The notes under the pieces are model-generated. The model saw only the letters and a list, made by a program, of their open reading frames with translations, was not told where the DNA came from and did no database searches. A program made the translations under genes and the position numbers. A stretch of 64,000 nt of DNA from Brevundimonas sp. (GTDB lineage Bacteria; Pseudomonadota; Alphaproteobacteria; Caulobacterales; Caulobacteraceae), in NCBI RefSeq assembly GCF_035627055.1, contig NZ_DASPMM010000009.1, positions 22,334 to 86,333 of the forward strand, written 5' to 3'. This document shows, piece by piece, positions 38,618 to 46,903 of the stretch (positions are counted from its first letter, which is position 1; each line of letters begins with the position of its first letter).

Positions 38618-39718
38618 ATGACCGACGCGACCCAAACCCCCGCCGACCGGCTGGACACGGAGAACCCGCTCGGCGTGGACGGCTTCGAGTTCGTCGAGTT
38701 CACCGGCCCCGAGCCCGAAGCCATGGCCGCCCGCCTCGAACTGATGGGCTTCACCCGCACCCACGTGAACCCGGCCACCGGCGCCGTGCGCCTGAAGCAG
38801 GGCGACATCACCATCCTCGTCGACCTGTCGCCCAGGGGCCAGGCCGAGGAGTTCGCCCGCGAACACGGCCCCTCCGCCAACGGCATGGCCTTCCGCGTGT
38901 CCGACGCCAAGGCCGCCTTCGACGGCGCCGTCGCCCGCGGCGCCCGCCCCGCCGAAAACGCCGACGGCGGCGCGCTTGGGAACGGCTATCCCTATGTCCT
39001 GCAGGGCATCGGCGGCTCGCTGCTCTACCTCGTCGACCAGTACGGCGAGCGCGGCTCCCTGTACGACGGCTGGGACGAGATCGAGGGCTGGGAAGAGGCC
39101 GAGCGCAAGAATTCCGTCGGCCTCTACTGCCTCGACCACCTGACCCACAACGTGCGCCGCGGCCAGATGCGCACCTGGTCGGGCTTCTACGGCGACGTCT
39201 TCGCCTTCGAGGAGCAGAAGTATTTCGACATCAAGGGCAAGGCGACCGGCCTCTTCTCGCAAGCCATGATCGCCCCCGACCGCGCCATCCGCATCCCCCT
39301 GAACGAAAGCCAGGACGAGAACAGCCAGATCGAGGAATTCCTCCGCCGCTACAACGGCGAGGGCATCCAGCACATCGCCCTGGCCACCGACGACATCTTC
39401 GAAACGGTCGAGGAGTTGAAGCGCCGCGGCATCCCCTTCCAGGACACCATCGAGACCTATTTCGAACTGATCGACAAACGCCTCCCCGGCCACGGCGAGG
39501 ACGTCGAGCGCATGCGGAAGAACCGCATCCTCATCGACGGCTCCGACGAGGAGGGCCTGCTGCTGCAGATCTTCACCCAGGACACCTTCGGCCCGATCTT
39601 CTTCGAGATCATCCAGCGCAAGGGCAACCAGGCGTTCGGCGAGGGCAATTTCCAGGCCCTGTTCGACTCCATCGAACTGGACCAGATCCGGCGCGGCGTC
39701 ATCAAGGTCGATGCCTAG
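38618..39718 (+). CDS. hppD: 4-hydroxyphenylpyruvate dioxygenase
   Basis: NPLGVDGFEFVEF, LDHLTHNV, RIPLNES, QIEEFL..YNGEGIQHIAL, LLQIFT, GPIFFEIIQRKGNQAFGEGNF. Confidence 0.98.
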   Translation: MTDATQTPADRLDTENPLGVDGFEFVEFTGPEPEAMAARLELMGFTRTHVNPATGAVRLKQGDITILVDLSPRGQAEEFAREHGPSANGMAFRVSDAKAAFDGAVARGARPAENADGGALGNGYPYVLQGIGGSLLYLVDQYGERGSLYDGWDEIEGWEEAERKNSVGLYCLDHLTHNVRRGQMRTWSGFYGDVFAFEEQKYFDIKGKATGLFSQAMIAPDRAIRIPLNESQDENSQIEEFLRRYNGEGIQHIALATDDIFETVEELKRRGIPFQDTIETYFELIDKRLPGHGEDVERMRKNRILIDGSDEEGLLLQIFTQDTFGPIFFEIIQRKGNQAFGEGNFQALFDSIELDQIRRGVIKVDA

Positions 39719-39899
39719 GCCCCCGACCTGGCTGCCCTGGCTCGGCCCGCTGCTGGCGGCCGGGATCGGGGCGGCGGTCGGCGAGTATGGCCTCGGCGGC
39801 GGCTTCTGGACCGTGCTGATCGCGGCTCTGGTCGGCGGCTTCGCCCCGATCCTGGCCTACCGGCTGTGGGTGTGGCGGCGCCACCGCGCCGGTCAGTGA
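39711..39899 (+). CDS. Small membrane protein
   Basis: 62 aa, two hydrophobic segments; overlaps the hppD stop. Confidence 0.6.
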   Translation: MPRPPTWLPWLGPLLAAGIGAAVGEYGLGGGFWTVLIAALVGGFAPILAYRLWVWRRHRAGQ

Positions 39900-42800
39900 A
39901 AGTCGCGTGAGCCCGGCAGCACCCGCACATCCCGCGGGTGCCGCCCCCGCGCCGGCTCGTGGGCCGAACCCGGGGCCCGGTCCGGGGTGAGCTGACCCAG
40001 CATCGGCGTCCAGTCGGCCATCTCCTCGACGACCAGATGGGTCACCCCTTCGGCCCGCTGAATGCGCCCCTTCACCAGCACCATCCGCGCGCCCATCGCC
40101 ACCGGCCGGAACCGCTCGAACACGCTCTCCCACAGCACCAGATTGACGATCCCGGTCTCGTCCTCGACCGTCATGAAGCAGACCCCCTTGGCCGTGCCGG
40201 GCCGCTGCCGAACCAGCACCACCCCGCCAACCTTCACCCGCCGCCCGTCCGCCACGGTCTCGCAGGACCGCGCCGTCACCGCCCGCGCCGTTTCCAGCCG
40301 ATCGCGCAGGAAGGCCGCCGGATGGCCCTTCAGAGACAGGCGGATGGTTTCGTAGTCCCCGACCACCTCCTCCGACGCCGAGAGCATGGGCAGGGCCTCG
40401 GGCGGGCGGCCGTCGGCCTCGTCCAGCCCCATGACCTCGAACAATGGCGCCGAGGCCGCGGGTGCCGCGCCCCTGGCCGCCCACAGCCCCTGCCGGCGGG
40501 ACAGGTCCAGAGACCCATAGGCGTCCGCCTCGGCCAGCCGCTCCAGCGCCGCGGGGGGCAGCTGCGCCCGCATCCGCAGATCCTCCAGGTCGGCGAACGG
40601 GCCGCCCGCCTTGCGAACCTCCATGATCCGCTCGGCCCACTCCTTGCGGAACCCGTCGATGGACCGCAGGCCCAGCCGCAGGGCGTGGCGGCGCCTTCGT
40701 GGGCGGGGTTGCAGGGTCGCGTCCCAGTCGCTGGTGTTGACGTCCGGGTGGCGCACCTCGACGCCATGCTCGCGGGCGTCCCGGACGATCTGCGCCGGGG
40801 CGTAGAAGCCCATCGGCTGGCTGTTCAGCAGGCAGGCGGCGAACACGTCCGGATACAGCCACTTCACCCAGGCCGAGACGTAGACCAGGTGGGCGAAGGC
40901 GCAGGCGTGGCTCTCGGGAAAGCCGTATTCGCCAAAACCCTTGATCTGGTTGAAGCAGTTCTGGGCGAAGTCGGGGTCGTAGCCGCGCGCGACCATCCGC
41001 CCGACCATCAGGGTTTCATAATCGCCGATGGTGCCGTTGTGCCGAAAGGTGGCCATGGCCCGACGCAGCCCGTTCGCTTCGTCGCCGGTGAACTCCGCCG
41101 CCACCATGGCGATGCGCATGGCCTGTTCCTGGAACAGGGGCACGCCCATCGTCTTGCGAAGGACGTTGGTCAGTTCTTCGGGATTGCTCGTCGACCCCGG
41201 CATGGAGAAGCGATAGCTGCCGGGACCGTGTCTCGCCTCGTAGGCCCGACGCTCCATCCGCCGCTGCAGATAGGGGTGCACCATCTTGCCCTGGATCGGT
41301 CCGGGGCGGACGATCGCCACCTGGACCACCAGATCGTAGAACTCCACCGGCCGCAGCCGGGGCAGCATGCTCATCTGGGCCCGGCTCTCGACCTGGAAGA
41401 CCCCGAGAGAGTCGGCCTTGCACAGCATCCGGTAGACGCCGCGGCGTTCGGCGGGGACGGCGGCGGTGTCGGGCAAGGACCGGCCGTAGGCGGCCTCGAT
41501 CATGCGGAAGGCGCGCTTCATCGCCGTCAGCATGCCGAGGGCCAGAACGTCGACCTTCATCAGCTTGAGGAAGTCGATGTCATCCTTGTCCCATTCGATG
41601 AAGGTGCGGTCGGGCATGGCGGCGTTGCCGATCGGCACGATCTCGACAAGAGGCGTCCGGCTGAGCACGAACCCGCCGACGTGCTGGCTGAGGTGACGCG
41701 GGAACTGGATCAGCTCGGCGGTCAGCTCCAGCGCGAGCTTCATCCGGGCGTCGTCGCGGCTCAGGCCCGCGCGGTCGACGTGATCGTTCTTCACGCCGTC
41801 GCCCCACGAGCCCCAGACTGTGTCGGCCATTCGGGCGGTGACGTCCTCGGTCAGGCCGAGCGCCTTGCCGACATCGCGGATGGCCGAGCGGGGGCGATAG
41901 TGGATGATCGTCGCCACGATGCCCGCGCGGTCCCGCCCGTAGCGGCGGTAGATGTACTGCATCACCTGCTCGCGCCGCTCGTGCTCGAAGTCGACGTCGA
42001 TGTCGGGCGGTTCGGAGCGCTCGGAGGAAATGAAGCGCTCGATCAGCACATCCTGGCGGGTGGGATCGACATTGGTGATCCCGAGACAGAAGCAGACCAC
42101 CGAATTGGCGGCGGACCCGCGGCCCTGGCAGAGGATGGGATCGGGTCGGGACCGGGCCCAGTCGACGATGTCATGGACGGTCAGGAAGTAGGGGGCGTAG
42201 TCGAGCGACCGGACCAGCCTCAGCTCCTTGTGGATGGTCTTGCGGATGTCGGCCGGAACTCCGGCGGGCCAGCGCGAGCGGGCTCCTTTCAGGGTCAGGC
42301 GGGCCAGCCAGCCTTGCGGAGAATATCCCGCCGGCACCGGTTCGTCGGGGTAGTGGTAGCTGAGCTCGCGGAGCGAGAAGGTGCAGGCGCGGACCACGTC
42401 CATGGTGCGGTTCAGCGCCGCCTCGTGGCCGCGGAACATGCGGGCCATCTGGGTCGCGGGTTTGAGGAAGCGTTCGGCGTTGGCCTGCAGGCGGCGGCCG
42501 GCCTTGTCGATGGTCGTCCCCTCGCGGATGCAGGTCAGGACGTCCTGCAGGACGCGCCGGTCAGGGTGGTGGTAAAGGACGGCGTTGGTGGCGATCATCG
42601 GCGCGCCGGTGCGCCGGGCCATGGCCGCCAGCCGGTTGAGCCGCCGCCGGTCGTCGCCGCGCCACAGGGGCGAGGCCGCCAGATAGACAGTGTCGGGCCA
42701 GTCGCGGCGCCACGCCGTCAGTCGGGCCTCGAAGGCCGGGTCGGGAGCCGCCGGCGCCGGGACCAGGGCGATCATGCCCTCGCCCAGCCCGACCGCCTGT

Positions 42801-43177
42801 TCGAAGGTCAGTCGCGTCTCGGCCTTTTCGATCCGTTCACCTTCGGGGTCTGCGCCGGCCTGGGGCACGACTTCGCTCTTGCCGAGGGACAGGAGGCGGC
42901 AGAGCCGGCCGTAGGCGGCGCGGTTGCGGGGGAAGACGATCAGCTCGGTCCCGTCGGTGAAGGCGAGGCGAGCGCCGATCACGAGGGGGATGCCGGCCTC
43001 CTCGGCGCCCATCAGGGCCCGGACGATGCCCGCGAGGGTGTTGCGGTCCGCGACGCCGACAGCGGCCAGCCCCAGCGCCTTCGCCTGCAGCATGAGTTCG
43101 CCCGGGTGGGAGGCCCCTTCGAGGAAGCTGAAATTGGTCAGGGCGCCGAGTTCGGCGTAGTCGCCGGTCCAGGTCAC
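39893..43177 (-). CDS. dnaE2: Error-prone DNA polymerase III alpha (ImuC)
   Basis: YAELGALTNFSFLEGASHP, QGRGSAANS, EPPDIDVDFE, RHLSQHVGG, KVDVLALGML, GEYGFPESHA, RQRPGTAKGV; GTG start overlaps imuB TGA. Confidence 0.97.
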   Translation of the reverse strand: MTWTGDYAELGALTNFSFLEGASHPGELMLQAKALGLAAVGVADRNTLAGIVRALMGAEEAGIPLVIGARLAFTDGTELIVFPRNRAAYGRLCRLLSLGKSEVVPQAGADPEGERIEKAETRLTFEQAVGLGEGMIALVPAPAAPDPAFEARLTAWRRDWPDTVYLAASPLWRGDDRRRLNRLAAMARRTGAPMIATNAVLYHHPDRRVLQDVLTCIREGTTIDKAGRRLQANAERFLKPATQMARMFRGHEAALNRTMDVVRACTFSLRELSYHYPDEPVPAGYSPQGWLARLTLKGARSRWPAGVPADIRKTIHKELRLVRSLDYAPYFLTVHDIVDWARSRPDPILCQGRGSAANSVVCFCLGITNVDPTRQDVLIERFISSERSEPPDIDVDFEHERREQVMQYIYRRYGRDRAGIVATIIHYRPRSAIRDVGKALGLTEDVTARMADTVWGSWGDGVKNDHVDRAGLSRDDARMKLALELTAELIQFPRHLSQHVGGFVLSRTPLVEIVPIGNAAMPDRTFIEWDKDDIDFLKLMKVDVLALGMLTAMKRAFRMIEAAYGRSLPDTAAVPAERRGVYRMLCKADSLGVFQVESRAQMSMLPRLRPVEFYDLVVQVAIVRPGPIQGKMVHPYLQRRMERRAYEARHGPGSYRFSMPGSTSNPEELTNVLRKTMGVPLFQEQAMRIAMVAAEFTGDEANGLRRAMATFRHNGTIGDYETLMVGRMVARGYDPDFAQNCFNQIKGFGEYGFPESHACAFAHLVYVSAWVKWLYPDVFAACLLNSQPMGFYAPAQIVRDAREHGVEVRHPDVNTSDWDATLQPRPRRRRHALRLGLRSIDGFRKEWAERIMEVRKAGGPFADLEDLRMRAQLPPAALERLAEADAYGSLDLSRRQGLWAARGAAPAASAPLFEVMGLDEADGRPPEALPMLSASEEVVGDYETIRLSLKGHPAAFLRDRLETARAVTARSCETVADGRRVKVGGVVLVRQRPGTAKGVCFMTVEDETGIVNLVLWESVFERFRPVAMGARMVLVKGRIQRAEGVTHLVVEEMADWTPMLGQLTPDRAPGSAHEPARGRHPRDVRVLPGSRDFH

Positions 43178-44772
43178 GCCAGCACCCCGTGCATCCACCA
43201 GGTCGGGGCGCGCTCATCCGGGCCGCCGGCGTATTCGCGGCCGTAGAGGCCTTCGCGGAAGACCCAGTAGCGGGCCCCGTCGGCGTCCTCGAGGCAGTAG
43301 TAGTCGCGGGTGCGGGCCCTGGCGGTGCGCCACCATTCGGGGGACAGGCGTTCGGGGCCCTCGGCGCGGGTGACCCGGCGCGGGGCGCGGCGCCAGGTGA
43401 AGCGGGCGGGCGCGCCGTCTGGCAGGTCGAACAGCGGATCGCGGATCGGCTCGGGCGGGTCCAGCAGCAGGATGGGGCGACGGCCCATGCCGCCAGGATC
43501 GGCCTCGACGGGGCGGCCCAGCGCGGGGGCCAGCCGCTCGGCCCGTTCGGGAATCCAGCTGTCCACGGCCTCGGGGGTGAGCACCCGGTCCTCGCCCAGC
43601 CGGGCCGTCAGCCGGTCGATCAGGGCGGCGAGGCTTTCGGTCTGGCGGGTCTGCGCCTCGGCTTCCAGCGCAGCCTGGCAGGCGGTCATGGGCTCGACCA
43701 CGTCGGCGGTCAGCATCAGGGCGTCGAGGCCGAAGCCCAGCTCCAGCTGACCCAGACCGGCCTCGCGGAACAGGCGCAGCCAGATGGAGGCGTCGCGGCC
43801 GGGGCGGCTCATGCGGACCGACAGGCGGGTGCTCCGGCCGTCGGAACGGAAGCCGGTCAGGGTCAGGGCCAGCGCGCCCTGCCCGTCACGCTCCAGAGGG
43901 CCGGCGAGGTCGGCGGCCAGTTCGGGCAGGCGCGCCTCGACCCCTTCCAGATCGCCGACCGGCTCCATCCAGGTCTGCCACGCCCGATATCGGGCCGGGG
44001 GGCGGACGGGCGTCAGGGCCTCGCCGGTCAGGCCCAGGGCCTGATCCAGCCGCTGGACCAGATCGACGCCGCCGTCCTTGCGGAAGCGGCGGGCCAGTCC
44101 GGCCCGGGGCATGGGATAGAGGTCGCCGATCCGCTTCAGGCCGAAACGCCGGGCCTGCCTCAGGGTGCGGTCGGCGATGCGCAGGGCCTCGACCGGCAGG
44201 GGGGCCAGCCGGCCTCGGACGTCGGCGTCGGCGGCGATCGGCGCCTCATCCTCGCCCCAGCGGGCGAGGGCCCAGGCGCCGCCGGGGGTCGGGGCCATGG
44301 CGGCGCGGGCGGGGACCCCGGCCGCGGCCAGCCGGTCGCGGATCTGGCGCAGCAAGGCCGCCTCGCCGCCGAACAGATGAGCGGCGCCGCTGACGTCGAG
44401 GAACAGGCCCTCCAGCCCCTCTCCCGAAGGATCGACGCTGACCGAGGGGGACCAGCGCTCGGCCCAGTGGGCCAGCGTCTTCAGGGCCCGGGCGTCGGCG
44501 GCGGGATCGGCGGGCTGGCAGATCAACTGCGGGATCATGGCCCGGGCGTCGGCCTGGGTCTGGCCGCGGCGCAGGCCGGCCTGCCGGGCGGCCGGATTCA
44601 GGGCGTGGATGACCGCCGCGCCCCGGCTGTTCTTGAGGATCAGGGCGAAGGGATTGGCGGGATCGAGGGCGGGATCAGGCGGCGAGGCCGGACGGCGCGC
44701 CCGTTCCAGCGATCGACGGCGGACCGAGATCGGCCAGTCGATCAGCCAGACGGAGACGATACGTCTCATCAT
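43174..44772 (-). CDS. imuB: Y-family polymerase-like ImuB
   Basis: RWSPSVS, GLFLDVSGAAHLFGGE, LAPLPVEALR, GPERLSPEWW, RDYY..ED..G.RYWVFR, WWMHG. Confidence 0.95.
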   Translation of the reverse strand: MMRRIVSVWLIDWPISVRRRSLERARRPASPPDPALDPANPFALILKNSRGAAVIHALNPAARQAGLRRGQTQADARAMIPQLICQPADPAADARALKTLAHWAERWSPSVSVDPSGEGLEGLFLDVSGAAHLFGGEAALLRQIRDRLAAAGVPARAAMAPTPGGAWALARWGEDEAPIAADADVRGRLAPLPVEALRIADRTLRQARRFGLKRIGDLYPMPRAGLARRFRKDGGVDLVQRLDQALGLTGEALTPVRPPARYRAWQTWMEPVGDLEGVEARLPELAADLAGPLERDGQGALALTLTGFRSDGRSTRLSVRMSRPGRDASIWLRLFREAGLGQLELGFGLDALMLTADVVEPMTACQAALEAEAQTRQTESLAALIDRLTARLGEDRVLTPEAVDSWIPERAERLAPALGRPVEADPGGMGRRPILLLDPPEPIRDPLFDLPDGAPARFTWRRAPRRVTRAEGPERLSPEWWRTARARTRDYYCLEDADGARYWVFREGLYGREYAGGPDERAPTWWMHGVLA

Positions 44773-45334
44773 CCTGCTCCAGCATCCAGGCGCCGGGGCG
44801 CTCGCCCCGCCCGCGCGTCAGTTCGGCGAGGAGGCGGGCCGGGCCGGGGGCGCGGTCGTCCTCGGGGTCGACGGCGCTGGGCTGGACCGAAATCCGCCAG
44901 CGGCGGCGGGCCGCGCTGAGCCCGTCCAGCGCGCGCGACAGGATCAGGCCGACGGCCTCGCCCTGCCTGGCCGCGAAATCCAGCCGGCGGGTCTGGGCCA
45001 GCGTCGCCCCTTCGACCGCCCCGAGCCCCATCGACACCGCGCCGGAGCGCAGGCCCTGCTCCATCGTCCACAAGGCTTCGGCCAGGGTGGGGGCCGGGGC
45101 GACGATGAAGGGAAGCCCCGCCAGCCCGGGGCCGTAGGGGCGGCCATATTCCCGGAACCAGGCGCCGGGGGCGGTCATCAGCAGCGGCCGGTCGTCCCCC
45201 TGCCGCCGCCGAGACAGGGCGAACGCCACCGCCGCGGCCACGTCGCGGGGCGCGGGGGCGCAGGCCTCCTCGAGCGAGGCGGCAGTCTGCGGAAACGGGT
45301 CCTGTGACAGGGCGGGGGCGGGGTTCATGATCAT
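44675..45334 (-). CDS. imuA: ImuA (RecA-like mutasome subunit)
   Basis: EALWTMEQGLRSG, RRLDFAA, SAARRRWRIS, LAELTRGRG; first gene of the imuABC cassette. Confidence 0.88.
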   Translation of the reverse strand: MIMNPAPALSQDPFPQTAASLEEACAPAPRDVAAAVAFALSRRRQGDDRPLLMTAPGAWFREYGRPYGPGLAGLPFIVAPAPTLAEALWTMEQGLRSGAVSMGLGAVEGATLAQTRRLDFAARQGEAVGLILSRALDGLSAARRRWRISVQPSAVDPEDDRAPGPARLLAELTRGRGERPGAWMLEQDDETYRLRLADRLADLGPPSIAGTGAPSGLAA

Positions 45335-45347
45335 TCAGAAGCTGAAT

Positions 45348-45362
45348 GTTCATTATTTGTTC
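45348..45362. promoter_or_regulatory. Alphaproteobacterial LexA (SOS) box
   Basis: Exact GTTC-N7-GTTC (GTTCATTATTTGTTC) just upstream of imuA, overlapping its -10; minus-strand TTGACT -35 at 45377-82. Confidence 0.92.
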
Positions 45363-45440
45363 CGCCCGGAACCGAGAGTCAAACGCGGAATCGGATTCCT
45401 GCGGGTCCGGCTATTTTACCCGGGTGTTATTCGAAAATTA

Positions 45441-45500
45441 CCGTCCGAAGCGTCCGAAGAGTGCACTGCGTCCGAAGCGTGCACTAAGTCCGCAACGTCC
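45441..45500 (-). repeat. 9-nt-unit tandem repeat related to 37345-37414
   Basis: Minus strand ...gtgcacgcttcggacgcagtgcactcttcggacgcttcggacg reads VHASDAVHSSDASDG. Confidence 0.75.
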
Positions 45501-45690
45501 GCCGATCTCATCGAGAGCGCCGCTGAGCCGCCGCGCCCGCAAACAGATTTTCAAAGACCCGCAGCGCCGCAAGGACGAGGTGGTCTGACATGGGAATGAC
45601 AGGGCCGGGGTCAAGGGCTATAGCGGAATAAATTCCTGCCATGCGAACGAAAGGCCGCCAAGAACAAGGGCGGCTGTCTCCACCCCTCTT

Positions 45691-45827
45691 CCGGCATCCT
45701 CGGGCTTGACCCGAGGATCAGACGCGGCGGCGGGCTGTGCCCTGGGGACGGCCTGACGGCGGGCGGCCGCGCATCATCGATGGAGCACCGGATGGTCTGG
45801 CCCTCGGGTCAAGCCCGAGGGTGACGG
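45691..45827. repeat. Palindromic element, family B
   Basis: CATCCTCGGGCTTGACCCGAGGATCAG...GGTCTGGCCCTCGGGTCAAGCCCGAGGGTGACGG. Confidence 0.85.
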
Positions 45828-45857
45828 GGGTGGGAATGGCGCCCTGTTGGGGCCGCC

Positions 45858-46271
45858 CTACCGCCGCTTCAGCTCGTCGCGGATTTCGGTCAGGAGGGCT
45901 TCGGTGGGGGTGGGGGCGGCGGGGGCGGCCTGGGGGTCGGCGGCCTGTTCGCGGCGGAGGCGGTTGATGGCCTTGACCAGCAGGAAGACCACGAAGGCCA
46001 CGATCACGAACTGGATCAGGGTGTTGATGAAGGCGCCGTACTGGATGGCGATCTTCTCGACCGCCTCGGTGGCGGGATCCTCGGGGGTCAGCACCCATTC
46101 CAGCTTGGAGAAATCGACCCTGCCGAGCAGCAGGCCGATCGGCGGCATGATCACCTGGTCGACCAGGCTGGTGACGATCTTGCCGAACGAGGCGCCGATG
46201 ATGACGCCGACCGCCAGGTCGACGACGCTGCCGCGGGCGGCGAACTCCTTGAATTCGGTGAGCAGGCCCAT
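45858..46271 (-). CDS. mscL: Large-conductance mechanosensitive channel
   Basis: [37 protein letters not shown]. Confidence 0.97.
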   Translation of the reverse strand: MGLLTEFKEFAARGSVVDLAVGVIIGASFGKIVTSLVDQVIMPPIGLLLGRVDFSKLEWVLTPEDPATEAVEKIAIQYGAFINTLIQFVIVAFVVFLLVKAINRLRREQAADPQAAPAAPTPTEALLTEIRDELKRR

Positions 46272-46558
46272 CAGGCGTCCGAAGCGTTCAGCCGCTCGCG
46301 CAGTTCCTTGCCGCTCTTGAAGAAGGGCACCGCCTTGGCGGGCACGTCGACGGTCTCGCCGGTCCGCGGATTGCGCCCGGCCCGCGCCGGCCGGCTGCGC
46401 ACCGAAAAGGCGCCGAAGCCGCGCAGTTCCACGCGGCCGCCCTCGCCGAGCGCCTCGACCATCTGGCCAAGCACGATATTGACCACCCGTTCGACCTCGG
46501 CGTGGGTCAGGTGAGTGTTCTCGGCCGCCAGCTTCTCGATCAGCTCGGATTTGATCAT
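46271..46558 (-). CDS. ihfB: Integration host factor beta
   Basis: [41 protein letters not shown]. Confidence 0.97.
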   Translation of the reverse strand: MIKSELIEKLAAENTHLTHAEVERVVNIVLGQMVEALGEGGRVELRGFGAFSVRSRPARAGRNPRTGETVDVPAKAVPFFKSGKELRERLNASDA

Positions 46559-46711
46559 TGTCAGGCCCCCGCCCTCCAACGCCCCTCTCGGGGCTACGGG
46601 TGCATCCGGAAACCGGACGCGGCGACACCCTAGCCTCCGGTTTCGACAGGCAAAAGGCCCCCGCAGCCGAAATGTCGGTTACTGGACGTTTACCGTGGCG
46701 GAGCGGGCAGG

Positions 46712-46744
46712 AAAAAGGGCGGCCGGATCGCTCCGGCCGCCCTT
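46712..46744 (-). terminator. Probable terminator downstream of rpsA
   Basis: GGGCGGCCGG-ATCGCT-CCGGCCGCCC stem followed on the minus strand by TTTT. Confidence 0.65.
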
Positions 46745-46753
46745 CTTTCCTTA

Positions 46754-46885
46754 GTGGCCTAGCGCTCGCGACGCGGTCGCTCGCTGCTTGAGGCCGGGTG
46801 GCCTAACGCTCGCGACACGGTCGCTCGCTGCTTGAGGCCGGGTGGCCTAACGCTCGCGACGCGGTCGCTCGCTGCTTGAGGCCGG
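46754..46885. repeat. Three tandem 44-bp hairpin units
   Basis: GTGGCCTAaCGCTCGCGACrCGGTCGCTCGCTGCTTGAGGCCGG starting at 46754, 46798 and 46842; no spacers. Confidence 0.92.
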
Positions 46886-46903
46886 GTCGCTCTGCAGCGA
46901 GGC

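Noticed and set aside
39893-45334. imuABC as a novel system
   Set aside because: Well-characterised SOS mutasome; only its upstream region is reported as a finding
46754-46885. CRISPR array
   Set aside because: Units are head-to-tail with no unique spacers, and there are no cas genes in the window
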